Source of the DNA: Alphaproteobacteria bacterium
GTDB lineage: Bacteria; Pseudomonadota; Alphaproteobacteria; SHVV01
Length of the DNA stretch: 64,000 nt
NCBI GenBank assembly: GCA_965261735.1
Contig: OZ253470.1
Location: 2,432,001 to 2,496,000 of the forward strand
Direction: 5' to 3'
Notes under the pieces: generated by a model
The model's database searches: none
Told to the model about the DNA's origin: nothing
Seen by the model: the letters and a program-made list of their open reading frames with translations, nothing else
Translations under genes and position numbers: made by a program
Shown: positions 45,089-54,835 of the stretch, one piece after another
Position numbering within the stretch: the first letter of the stretch is position 1
How the letters are laid out: each line of letters opens with the position of its first letter

Positions 45089-45682
45089 ATGGCGAGGGGA
45101 CCTGACAAGCAATTCGACCCTGAGATCGCCCTCGAGAGGGCGATGCAGCTCTTCTGGGCGAAGGGGTATGCCGCGACCAGCTTGAACGAGCTCCTGGCAA
45201 CGATGGAGATCGGCCGGAAGAGCCTGTACGACACGTTCGACAATAAGCGGGCGCTCTTCATCAGGGCGCTCTACCGCTACTCGCATACGATCGTGAGCGA
45301 GATCGATAGCGGGCTCAACAACACGGATAGACCAGCGCTGGAGAACGTGCGGGCGGTGATGCGCGACATCGCCGCAAAGAATTCCAAGCCGATGAGCCCG
45401 GGCTGCCTGCTCGGCGTCAGCATGGCGCAGTTCCGCACGGATGATGCGGAAATGGCTGGCGTTCTCCGCAAGCACATGCAGCGTGTCGAACGCGCTTACT
45501 ACAAAGCGTTCGCCAAGGCCCAAGCCGAGGGCGACCTGAAGCCGAGCACGAATGTGCGCAACCTCGCGCGGCTCTTCATGGGCGCCTACCAAGGGTTGGT
45601 CCTGATTGGGCGTGTGACCCAGACGCGGGACGTGCCGCACGGCATCGTGGACGGTGCGCTTGCCGTTCTCGAGGCGGCGTAG
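45089..45682 (+). CDS. TetR/AcrR-family regulator (NemR/ComR-like)
   Basis: FD...ALERAMQLFWAKGYAATS, SLYDTF.NKRALF, GCLL motifs. Confidence 0.93.
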   Translation: MARGPDKQFDPEIALERAMQLFWAKGYAATSLNELLATMEIGRKSLYDTFDNKRALFIRALYRYSHTIVSEIDSGLNNTDRPALENVRAVMRDIAAKNSKPMSPGCLLGVSMAQFRTDDAEMAGVLRKHMQRVERAYYKAFAKAQAEGDLKPSTNVRNLARLFMGAYQGLVLIGRVTQTRDVPHGIVDGALAVLEAA

Positions 45683-45696
45683 TTTTTTTTGTCGAA

Positions 45697-45717
45697 ACAT
45701 AGATCGATCGGTCAATG
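45697..45717. promoter_or_regulatory. TetR operator site 2
   Basis: ACATAGATCGATCGGTCAATG, a quasi-palindrome upstream of the CMD gene. Confidence 0.7.
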
Positions 45718-45757
45718 AAAGACCAAGTAAACGCTAACCCGAAGAAAGGAGCATCCC

Positions 45758-46324
45758 ATGACGACGTTCACCATCCATACCCTCGACTCCGCACCGGCCG
45801 AGAGCAAAGAGCAGCTCGAAAGCACCCAGCAGCGTGTCGGGCGTATCCCAAATCTCTACGGCGTGCTGGCCGAAGCCCCGATCGCCGTCGAAGCCTACGA
45901 CAAGCTCGCCAGCTCGTTGATGCGATCGAGCTTCACCCCGATCGAGCGCCACGTCGTGTGGTTCACGATTAACGCGTATCACGACTGCCACTACTGCATG
46001 GCGGCGCACACGTTTCTCGCCAAGGGCGAGAAGGTGCCCGAGGACGTGATCGAAACCGCCCGCGCGGTTGGCTCCTATGAGGACCCGACTCTGGAGGCCC
46101 TACGGGTCTTCACGCTGAACCTGGTCGAAAACCGCGGCTGGGTCTCGCCGGAGGCCCTCGACGCGTTCCTCGCCGCCGGATTCACGAAACAGAAGGTGCT
46201 CGAAATCGTCGTGGTCATCGCCCACAAGGTCCTCTCGAACTACACCAATCACATCGTGGACACCCCCGTGGACGATGCGTTTGCGCGGTTCACGTGGACC
46301 AAGCCCGTACCGAACGCCGCATAG
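45758..46324 (+). CDS. Carboxymuconolactone decarboxylase/AhpD-like peroxidase-related protein
   Basis: FTIHTLDSAP, IPNL, CHYCMAAH, KVLSNYTNH motifs. Confidence 0.9.
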   Translation: MTTFTIHTLDSAPAESKEQLESTQQRVGRIPNLYGVLAEAPIAVEAYDKLASSLMRSSFTPIERHVVWFTINAYHDCHYCMAAHTFLAKGEKVPEDVIETARAVGSYEDPTLEALRVFTLNLVENRGWVSPEALDAFLAAGFTKQKVLEIVVVIAHKVLSNYTNHIVDTPVDDAFARFTWTKPVPNAA

Positions 46325-46414
46325 GCGCTATCACCTTTTTGTCGTTCCAGGCATGACGGGCAACCGACCGGCGGACAAACGGTCGGTGTGCTCACAGCTC
46401 TCGGCAAAAGCCTT

Positions 46415-47440
46415 CCTGCTTATCCCTGAAAGTCATCCGGCGATGAGGAGGCGATAGGGCATGGGCTGGTTTCGTGCGGCGCTATGGACGAAACGCGGGA
46501 TCATTGTCTGGAGTTGATAGCGCCGGTTGTAGCGCCAGGCGAAGCTGGCGAGATAGCGTCCGGCATGGTCGGGGCCGAGCTTGCGATAAGTCCCGGTGAT
46601 CGCGCTCTTGATGTTGCCGAGCGTCGTGTTCACCCATTTGAACGATGCCATGCGGGCCGCCTGGCGGCCCGACCCGGTGCGGATCGCCTGGTGGCTGCAG
46701 GCGGCTTCTTCGAGTGCGCTCCAGCAGCCCAGGCGGTCCGTCACAACCGCCGCGCCGGGGGCCAGCCAGTGCTTGGCGCCGCGCGCGATCTCGCGCTTGC
46801 GGAAGCCCTTGACCGGCGCCAGCTTCAGCTTGCGCGGGCGCCCCTCGGGACTGGTCGAGACCGCCGCCACGAAGGGCGTTTTGCCCGCCGCGCCGCGGCC
46901 CCGCTTGCCGCCGGAGCGCACCCCGCCGAGATAGGCGTCGTCCATCTCGACCCGCCCCGTAAGCGCCGTCTCCCCCTCGCGCCGCGCCATCACCGCCATG
47001 ATCTTGTGCTTCACGGCCCAGGCCGTCGGCTGCTTGACCCCGAGACGGCGGCCGAGTTCCACCGACGAGATGCCGTTCTTCGCCGTCACGATCAGGTGGA
47101 TGGCGGCAAACCAGACTGTCAGCGGCAGCTTGGTCGCGTGGAAGATCGTGCCCGCCGTGGGCGATGTCTGCTTCTTGCACCGGTTGCATTGATAGAGACC
47201 CCGACCCGCCAACACGCAATGCTCCCGATGGCCGCAGCAGGGGCAGACGAAGCCGCCCGGCCAGCGCAGCCGGACCAGCGCCGCGCGGCACTGCTCCTTG
47301 GTGCCGAAGGCCTCCCGAAACGCCTCGTCGTTCAGACCACGCACGCGCGATGCAACCTTGAACCCCATAACCGTGACCCCCTCATACAGAACATATTGAG
47401 AACATACATCCCCATAGGCGGAGTGTCGCGGATAAGCAGG
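46415..47440 (-). mobile_element. Second IS1595-family element (1026 bp)
   Basis: IRs CCTGCTTATCC / GGATAAGCAGG; perfect 8-bp TSD AAAGCCTT at 46407-46414 and 47441-47448. Confidence 0.95.
46433..47368 (-). CDS. IS1595-family transposase
   Basis: CPCCG...CNRC Zn ribbon, VEMDDAYLGG, VVTD, WVNT.LGNIK, YLASFAWRYNRR motifs. Confidence 0.92.
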   Translation of the reverse strand: MGFKVASRVRGLNDEAFREAFGTKEQCRAALVRLRWPGGFVCPCCGHREHCVLAGRGLYQCNRCKKQTSPTAGTIFHATKLPLTVWFAAIHLIVTAKNGISSVELGRRLGVKQPTAWAVKHKIMAVMARREGETALTGRVEMDDAYLGGVRSGGKRGRGAAGKTPFVAAVSTSPEGRPRKLKLAPVKGFRKREIARGAKHWLAPGAAVVTDRLGCWSALEEAACSHQAIRTGSGRQAARMASFKWVNTTLGNIKSAITGTYRKLGPDHAGRYLASFAWRYNRRYQLQTMIPRFVHSAARNQPMPYRLLIAG

Positions 47441-47497
47441 AAAGCCTTTTGCCCTCGGTTCACCCGCCCCCACCGAGGGTTGGGGTGGGCGAAGCGC

Positions 47498-47953
47498 TCA
47501 GGCGCGCGGCTTCTGGATGAGCTCGATGGCGAGGCCGTCGGCGTTGCGTAAGTAGACGATGCGGCCACCCTTGTTGGGGCCGGCGTCGGTGATGGCGACG
47601 GTCCCGAGCGGTGCGAAGCCGGCGTTCGCCGATGCGGCGATCGCGGCGTCGATGTCGTCGACGTCGAAGGCGATGTGGGTGGCCCCGGTATCGCACGGGC
47701 GGGCCGCGATCCGGCTACGGTCGGCGGGCGCCGCGTACTCGATGAGCTCGATCCGGTGGCCGGGCGCATCGACGAAGGCGACCGTGATCTCGGCGCCTTC
47801 GATTCCCGTCACGTCGCGCACCACGTTGGGCCCGCGCGGCAGCTTGGGCGTTGCCGCAAAGCCGAGGACGTCGCGGAAGTAGGCGAGCGTCGCGTCGAGG
47901 TCGGAGACGGTGAAGCTCGTGTGATTGGTGCCCAGAATCTTGAAATCGCTCAT
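47498..47953 (-). CDS. VOC/glyoxalase family protein
   Basis: NHTSFTVSDL, IELIEY, HIAFDVDD, DGLAIELIQ motifs. Confidence 0.9.
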   Translation of the reverse strand: MSDFKILGTNHTSFTVSDLDATLAYFRDVLGFAATPKLPRGPNVVRDVTGIEGAEITVAFVDAPGHRIELIEYAAPADRSRIAARPCDTGATHIAFDVDDIDAAIAASANAGFAPLGTVAITDAGPNKGGRIVYLRNADGLAIELIQKPRA

Positions 47954-48040
47954 CGCTCGCCCTCCGGCTTGCCTGGCGCGGGGTTTGCCGCCATCATCGC
48001 GCGGCCAGATCACATCAGGGATAGTTGCGGAGGTAAAGTC

Positions 48041-48844
48041 ATGAGCGAAGCCGCGAGCGCCACCCGCAAGCCTTCGGGCTATGCCGCCCACCCAGGCTAC
48101 CGCATCGACTTCGAGCCCAGCCCGCGCCGCGTGCGCGTCCTGTTCGCCGGCGAGACGATCGTCGATGCGCGCCAGCCCATGCTGTTGCACGAGAGCCACC
48201 ACATACCGGTCTACTACTTCAACCAGGCCGACATGCGCATGGATCTGCTAAGCCCGACGTCCCACACGACGCACTGCACGTTCAAGGGCGACGCCGCCTA
48301 CTGGACGCTCCGGGTCGGCGCCAAGGTCGCCGAGAACGCGGTGTGGGGCTATCCCGATCCCTATGACGAGGTGGCCGAGATCAAGGATCACGTGGCGCTG
48401 TACTGGGACCAGATGGATGCCTGGTACGAGGAGGACGAGGAGGTCTTCGTGCACGTGCGCGATCCCTACAAGCGCATCGACGTGATCGACTCCTCGCGCC
48501 CCGTCGCCGTCGTGCTCGGCGGCGAGACGGTGGCCGAGACGCGGCGCGCCCGCTTCCTGTTCGAGACCGGCCTGCCGACTCGCTACTACATTCCGCGCAA
48601 GGACGTGCGCACCGAGTTGCTCGAGGCGAGCACCAACCAGACGCGCTGCCCCTACAAGGGAATCGCCTCCTACCACAACGTTCGCGTCGGCGATTCGCTC
48701 TACGAGGATATCGTGTGGACCTACCCCGACCCGATCCCCGAGTGCCCAAAGATCAAGGACTACCTGTGCTTTTTCACCGAGAAGGTCGACGCCATTCTGG
48801 TCGAGGGCGAGCCGGTGCCCAACGTCAAAACGCCGTGGTCGTAG
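48041..48844 (+). CDS. Tandem DUF427 domain protein
   Basis: Two repeats of LxE..PxYY / T.C.FKG.A.Y / WxYPDP. Confidence 0.9.
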   Translation: MSEAASATRKPSGYAAHPGYRIDFEPSPRRVRVLFAGETIVDARQPMLLHESHHIPVYYFNQADMRMDLLSPTSHTTHCTFKGDAAYWTLRVGAKVAENAVWGYPDPYDEVAEIKDHVALYWDQMDAWYEEDEEVFVHVRDPYKRIDVIDSSRPVAVVLGGETVAETRRARFLFETGLPTRYYIPRKDVRTELLEASTNQTRCPYKGIASYHNVRVGDSLYEDIVWTYPDPIPECPKIKDYLCFFTEKVDAILVEGEPVPNVKTPWS

Positions 48845-48848
48845 CGAC

Positions 48849-49754
48849 TCAGGGCGCAGGGGCGGTAGGCGCCCGCGCCTCGCGGCTCGCGAGGTAGGTC
48901 GCGCCGGCGACGATCATCGCACCGCCGACCCACGTCCAGGGATCGGGCGTCTCGGCGAAGGCGATGTAGGCGACGAGGGTCGCCCACAGCAGCTGGGTGT
49001 ATTCGATCGGCATCAGCGCCGACACCTCGTCGGCTATCCGTACCGCCTGCGTCATCGCCAGATGCGACACGCTGCCGAGGCCGCCGAGGACCGCGAGCCA
49101 CATCCACTGCGCGAGCGTCGGCGTTTGCCACACGACGAGCGTGGGCGCGAGCGACATCAGGGTGAGGAGGAGCGAGAAGTAGGCGACGATCGTGACGCTC
49201 GAATCGGTCCGCCCTAGAACGCGCACGATTAGCTTGGTCACCGCGAACAGCGCCGCGGCCGCGAGTACGTACAGCATGCCGAAATCGAAGGCCTCGAACC
49301 CCGGCCTCGCGATGAGGACGACGCCGAGGAAACCGACGGCGATGCCGCCCCAGCGCCACAGCCGGCTCGATTCGCCGAACACGAGGATCGCGCCGATGGT
49401 GACGAAGAGGGGCTGCGAGAAGTTGAGCGCGGTCGTATCGGCCAGCGGAATGCGGCGCAGGCCGTAGATCAGCGACATCAACGCGACGAGCTGGATGACG
49501 GCCCGCAGTACGTGGAGCCCGTGCTGGTGGCTGCGCACCTGATGCCATTTCAGGCTCAAGAGCCAGGGCATCAGGACCGCGAAGCCGATGGCATAGCGAA
49601 AGAACGCGATCTCGATGGCCGGGAGGTCGCCGATGAGGCGCACCGCGCTGTTCATGCCGACGACGCAGGGCGCGGCACATGCGATCCACAGGATGCCGCG
49701 CACGTTCGCCCGCTTTGGGGCGAGCGCCGCGGCCGCGCCGAACAGGCCAGCCAT
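48849..49754 (-). CDS. DMT/EamA-family transporter
   Basis: About ten hydrophobic helices; PLADTTALNFSQPLF, GFLGVVLIARPG, PIEYTQL motifs. Confidence 0.9.
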   Translation of the reverse strand: MAGLFGAAAALAPKRANVRGILWIACAAPCVVGMNSAVRLIGDLPAIEIAFFRYAIGFAVLMPWLLSLKWHQVRSHQHGLHVLRAVIQLVALMSLIYGLRRIPLADTTALNFSQPLFVTIGAILVFGESSRLWRWGGIAVGFLGVVLIARPGFEAFDFGMLYVLAAAALFAVTKLIVRVLGRTDSSVTIVAYFSLLLTLMSLAPTLVVWQTPTLAQWMWLAVLGGLGSVSHLAMTQAVRIADEVSALMPIEYTQLLWATLVAYIAFAETPDPWTWVGGAMIVAGATYLASREARAPTAPAP

Positions 49755-49803
49755 CAGGAGCCGTCAGAAGCGGGCGCGCTGGCGGGCGCTTGCGGCACCG
49801 CGC

Positions 49804-51009
49804 TCAGATCACGCCATCGCGTTCGAGTTCGTCGAGCTCGTCGTCCGATAGCCCGAGCAGGCCGGTGTAGACCTCGCGATTGGCGTTGCCGAGCTCGGGC
49901 CCGAGCGCCTCGATCCGCCCCGGCGTTTCCGACAAGCGCGGCATCACCGAGGGCACGACGATGGGACCCAGGCCCGGCACCTCGACGCTGGCGAGGTTGC
50001 CGCGCGCCGCGAACTGGGGATCCTCGAAAATGTCGGCGATGGTGTTGAGCGGCCCGCACGGCACCTCGCCGGCGATGCACCGGTCCATCACCTCGTCGCG
50101 GCTCAGCGTCGCCGTCCACTCCTCGACGATGGCCTCGACCGTCTCGCGCGCCTCCACACGCTTGCCGACCTCGCCGTACGCGTCCGGCGCCGCGAGGTCG
50201 GGCCGGCCCATGACCTCGGCCAAGCGGGCGAACATCTTGTCCGAGGTGCAGGCGATCGACACCCATTGATCGTCCGCCGTGCGGTAGTTGCTGTGCGGGC
50301 ACACGTTGGAGGAGCCGCGGCCGAGCCGGCCGCGCACCTTGCCCGTGTAGGCGTAGGCCGGCGCGATCTCGTCGAGCACCCGGAACGCGGCCTCGTAGAG
50401 ACCGATATCGATGGATTGGCCGCGGCCGGTCGCGGCGCGCGCGCGCAGCGCGATCATGACGCCGACCGTGCCGTAGAGCCCGGAGATATAGTCCGCGAGC
50501 GAGGTCGAGCCCGGCGTCACCGGCACGTCGCCCGGCATGCCGGCGAGGTGGGCGATACCGCCGACAGCGTGGGCGATTCGGGCAAAGCCGGGCCGGTCAC
50601 GGTAGGGGCCGTCCTGGCCGTAGCCGGTGACTCGCAACATGACGAGGCCCGGGTTGAGCTCTGCCAGGTCGTCGTAGCCGAGGCCCCATTTCTCGAGTGT
50701 GCCGGGACGGAAGTTCTCGCACACGACGTCCGACTCGGCGGCCAGGCGGCGGAAGAGCTCGGCGCCCTTGGGTTTCTGGAGGTCGAGCGTGATCGACTTC
50801 TTGTTGCGCGATTCGCTGAGCCAGGCCAGGGTGTCGCCGCGCGGCGTGGGCGTGCCGAAGCGCCGCATGGCGTCGCCGCCGCCCGGTTTTTCGACCTTGA
50901 TCACGTCGGCGCCGAATTCCGCCAGCATCGTCGCGCAGTAGGGCGCGGCGATGAAGGTCGCGCAATCGAGCACGCGCAGGTCCGAGAGCGGTAAGTCGGG
51001 TGCCGCCAT
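49804..51009 (-). CDS. CaiB/BaiF family III CoA-transferase
   Basis: LRVLD..IAAP, GADVIKVE, RNKKSITLDL, ENFRPGTLEKWG motifs. Confidence 0.94.
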   Translation of the reverse strand: MAAPDLPLSDLRVLDCATFIAAPYCATMLAEFGADVIKVEKPGGGDAMRRFGTPTPRGDTLAWLSESRNKKSITLDLQKPKGAELFRRLAAESDVVCENFRPGTLEKWGLGYDDLAELNPGLVMLRVTGYGQDGPYRDRPGFARIAHAVGGIAHLAGMPGDVPVTPGSTSLADYISGLYGTVGVMIALRARAATGRGQSIDIGLYEAAFRVLDEIAPAYAYTGKVRGRLGRGSSNVCPHSNYRTADDQWVSIACTSDKMFARLAEVMGRPDLAAPDAYGEVGKRVEARETVEAIVEEWTATLSRDEVMDRCIAGEVPCGPLNTIADIFEDPQFAARGNLASVEVPGLGPIVVPSVMPRLSETPGRIEALGPELGNANREVYTGLLGLSDDELDELERDGVI

Positions 51010-51081
51010 GTCTCTCCTTCCGGTGCCGAGGGCACGGCGCCCGCGCGGTGGTGGTGCGGCGGACGAGGGCGGTGATGGGCC

Positions 51082-51777
51082 CTAGTTTCGCTTGCGCTCG
51101 AACAGCGCCAGCACCTCGTCCTTGGTCATGACGTCACCGAACTGCTGGATAAACGTCTCCAGCGTCGCCAGATGCTCGCGGTCGGTGAGCGCGGCGCAGC
51201 AGTCGGACACGAGGACCGCGTTGAAGTCCAGCATCATTGCGTCGCGACCGGTCGACTCGACGCACACGTTGGTCTTGGTGCCGGCGAGGATCAGCGTCTC
51301 GATGCCGAAGCCGCGGAGCAGGCGCTCGATCTGCGAGGCGCCGCTGGTGAAGGCGCTATAGCGGTTCTTGGAAACGCGCAGGTCGGCCGGGTCAACCTCG
51401 AGTTCGCGCCAGATCAGGGTGCCGTGCGCGCCCGGCTCCATGTTGTCGAGGATCGCCGCGATCTTTTCGGGGTCGCCGACGATGTGGTCGAAAAAGCCGC
51501 GCCAATCGGTGGCCAGCCCGTCGCGGCGGTTGGCGTGAGTGACCCAGATGACGCGGACGCCGAGGCCGCGCACCGCGCGCGCGAGTTCGTTGATGCCGGG
51601 CACGACCTCGCGCGCCATCGGCACCTCCGCGGGCGCGCCTGGCTCGACAAAGGTGTTCTGCATGTCGACCACCACGAGCGCGCAGCGCGCCGGGTCGAGC
51701 GCATCAAACAAGTGGACGCGACCGCGCCGCGCCAACACTCGGTTGAGGATGTCTTGGCCGATATCCACGGCATGCAT
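51082..51777 (-). CDS. Isochorismatase-family cysteine hydrolase
   Basis: VVDMQN, KNRYSAF, GTKTNVCVEST.RDA catalytic D-K-C triad. Confidence 0.92.
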   Translation of the reverse strand: MHAVDIGQDILNRVLARRGRVHLFDALDPARCALVVVDMQNTFVEPGAPAEVPMAREVVPGINELARAVRGLGVRVIWVTHANRRDGLATDWRGFFDHIVGDPEKIAAILDNMEPGAHGTLIWRELEVDPADLRVSKNRYSAFTSGASQIERLLRGFGIETLILAGTKTNVCVESTGRDAMMLDFNAVLVSDCCAALTDREHLATLETFIQQFGDVMTKDEVLALFERKRN

Positions 51778-52668
51778 GAGCCCGCCTCCCCGCTACGCGA
51801 TTGTTGCCGATGGCGCGCCGGCAAGGCAAGCCGCATCGCCGGGCCAGCGCCGCGTGCTCAACGACGGATTGGCACCGCCTATGCCGCGGAGATCGTCAGC
51901 CCACGCCTTGGACGAATTCGGGAGAGCTCAGCCGTCGGCTACGGCCTTTAGCACTGCCGCTACCTCGCTCGGCGGCAGGCCCGCAGGGGCCTCGCTAGAG
52001 ACGGCGAGGAGGCGCGCCGGCAACTGATTGCCGCGGACCTGCGACCACGCGCGACCGAGCCGGAGTTCGGCAGGAGAAGGCACGACATCGACACCCAGTG
52101 CGAGCGCAACATAGAGGTGCCGGACCCGTTTGCTCTCCCTTAGCAGCACCTTAGTGTGTCGGACGTGGAAACATTCATTGTCCGTGCACGCTTTGAGCGC
52201 CTGATTGGTTGCCGGCATCCAGGCGCCATCGCCGGTCAGATTGACGCTGCCACCAGTGACCTTATCGCGCCGCCCGGTGGCTGTGGCGAGAAAGACATCG
52301 ATGACGCCGAGCGGGCCGCTGTACGACGCCAAGGTCGAGGAGGCGGCGCCGTGCGCGGTAGGTGCCCAATCCGTGTCATGAGGGTACCGCTGCCATCCCG
52401 CGAGGTTCGCCGGGAGAAGCGCGCTCACGGTGGCTTCCGCGACCGGCGGTTGGTCGTCGAGTACGTAAGGAGCCATCGCCGGTAGAGCTGCCGCGAGCAG
52501 CGCGTAAACCACGACCTGTGGTCGTCCTCTGCCGAGCCCCCGCCTAAGGCGCTGTGGCGTCTCGGCGCTTCTTTCCGGCTTCAACACTGCGACAAGCGCC
52601 ATCAACAGAAGAATGGTCGCCGCAAGTGCGGCCCATTGGAAATAGCTGTGAGTGAGTTCGAGCTGTGT

Positions 52669-54062
52669 GGTTGTGTCTCGAAAGTGGTGGAAATTGGTTT
52701 TGGCGCCTCTCCGAGCGGGTTGAGTTTTGCGGCGGTCAGGCTGCGCGGTCAAGGGTTTCGTCGGCGATTAGCTGATCGAGGGTTTCCCATCCATCGACTT
52801 TGCGCATCTGGATTTGGCCGGAAGCGAGGAGTGCCCAGAGGAGCATCGGCACTGTTTCGGGACACGGCAGCACGGTCTGTGTTTTGATCCGGCGCTTGAA
52901 CTCCTCGTTGAGACGCTCAATGGCGTTGGTCGTTCGGGCTGATTTCCATTGGCTCTTGGACAGGCGCGTGAAGGTAAAGAGCTTGTCGCCCGCTTCTGCG
53001 AGGCTGTCCGCGACGGCCCTGCATTTCAGCCGCCACTTGCGGACAAACGCCTTGCGGCGGGTTTCCACCTCGGAGGCAGTGTCGGCATAGATCATATCGC
53101 GGTAATCTTCGCTCAGCTCGTCATGCATGTGTTTGGGAGCATGACCCAGAAGGTTGCGGTGCTTGTGCACGGTGCAGCGTTGAACGGGAAGGTCATCGCC
53201 CCAAAGCGCCGACAGAGCCGCCTCCAGTCCCGGCGCGCCATCGACGATGACAAACCCGGGCCGTTTCAGTCCACGCGCATCAAGGTCGTCGAGGAACTGG
53301 CGCCACGCCGCCTGGCTTTCTCCGCCCATATTCCCGATCGAAAGCAAGACCTTCTGGCCATCCCGGCGCACCCCTATAGCCGCGAGAACCGAGATGTTGG
53401 TGGCCTTGCGGTCCAGTCGGGTCTTGATCACAGTGCCGTCAAGGATCAGCCGAACGATATCCTCATCCGCGAGGCCACGGCTGCACCAGGCGTCCCAATC
53501 GACCTTCACCTTGCGCCACGCCCGGCTCACAACGTCCTTGCTCACAGCACCCCGGAAGAGCCCGAACAGCGCGCGTTTCACCCGCCGCGTGTTGGTTCCG
53601 GACAGATACACCGAAGCGATCAGCGCCTCGGCCTTTCTGGTCAGCCGCTGGTAGCGCGGCAGCGCCCGCGAACGCCATTCCGACGCCCGACCGTCTTCCT
53701 CAACGATCCGCGCACGCGGCACGCTCACCCTCTCGGTCCCGAATGTCCCCGTCAGTTGCCGCTCCCGGTGCCCGTTCCGATACCCTTGCCGAAGCGCGTC
53801 CTCTCGACCGTATCGGCAGCGCCCGAGAAACTGCGCAAGTTCCTCCTCAAAAACGGCCTCGATCGTGGATCTGATGTTCTCCCGCAGCCGGTCCTCGAGC
53901 GGATCATAGCCGGCGTCATTGGCCAGTAGCGAAAGCGCGGAAGTCTCGGTAGTGTTCTTCATGGCGTGATCTCCTTGGCGGTGCTAGCCGCCGATTGGGT
54001 GGTTGTCTTGTCACCCGGAGATTACGCCATCCTCAAATTTCCACCACTTTCGAGACACAGCC
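52669..54062 (-). mobile_element. IS256-family element (1394 bp)
   Basis: IRs GGTTGTGTCTCGAAAGTGGTGGAAATT / AATTTCCACCACTTTCGAGACACAGCC; 9-bp TSD GAGCTGTGT at 52660-52668 and 54063-54071. Confidence 0.96.
52736..53962 (-). CDS. IS256-family transposase
   Basis: GYRNG, LILDG, IVDGAPGL, QRCTVH, RTTNAIERLNEEFKRR motifs. Confidence 0.96.
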   Translation of the reverse strand: MKNTTETSALSLLANDAGYDPLEDRLRENIRSTIEAVFEEELAQFLGRCRYGREDALRQGYRNGHRERQLTGTFGTERVSVPRARIVEEDGRASEWRSRALPRYQRLTRKAEALIASVYLSGTNTRRVKRALFGLFRGAVSKDVVSRAWRKVKVDWDAWCSRGLADEDIVRLILDGTVIKTRLDRKATNISVLAAIGVRRDGQKVLLSIGNMGGESQAAWRQFLDDLDARGLKRPGFVIVDGAPGLEAALSALWGDDLPVQRCTVHKHRNLLGHAPKHMHDELSEDYRDMIYADTASEVETRRKAFVRKWRLKCRAVADSLAEAGDKLFTFTRLSKSQWKSARTTNAIERLNEEFKRRIKTQTVLPCPETVPMLLWALLASGQIQMRKVDGWETLDQLIADETLDRAA

Positions 54063-54835
54063 GAGCTGTGTTCCGTGGACATAGTCGGTCGCAACGATTG
54101 CCACGACCCGTATGGCGTTCGCCAAAATGCCGAGGACGCCACCGGCGAGGGTAAGCGCGATGATTCGGCCCTCGCTGCGATAGAGGAGTAGCGCGAACGT
54201 GAGGCCGAGGAACAGGCCAACAAGAACGAACGGCAGACCCGCACAGGAATCCACGACGACGTAGCGTTGCCCGTCGAAGTAAAGCGAGAAGCCCTCTCTC
54301 GCGAACGGGAGCCCCGACACGTACGCGAACCCTTCAATGAAGGCGACGGTCAGCCTCCGGAGCGGGAGGAGAAGGAATTCTCCGGTCGGGATCACGAACG
54401 CCAGCAGCGCCAGGAAGGGCAAGAGACGCCGGAACACCTGCCATCCGACGGCGGCCATGACGATCGCGGCAACGGACCCAACGAGCGCAACCTGGCGCCC
54501 TTCCGAGACGTTCAACACGTCGGCGGCGAGCCAGAGAAGGGCAGCCAACGTCGCTGCCGCGACGCCAATCAGGTTTGCCGCGGGCGACGTCGCGGCCAGG
54601 CGCCTCCGGCTGTACCACAGCACACAGCCGAGCGTCGGCAGGACGGCCCAACCGTACTGGTAGGTGGTACTGCTGGCCCACGTTCCGCCGATCTCGATGA
54701 CCGTGGGGGCATGAGCGCCGAGCACGCCAGCGATGCCGAGGGTGACGGCGACCAACGCCGGAAACCAGGGATGCCGCACGAGTGAGCGTGCGTCCCAGCC
54801 GGCGAGCACGGCGCCATCGTGGCGCGCGGCGATAC

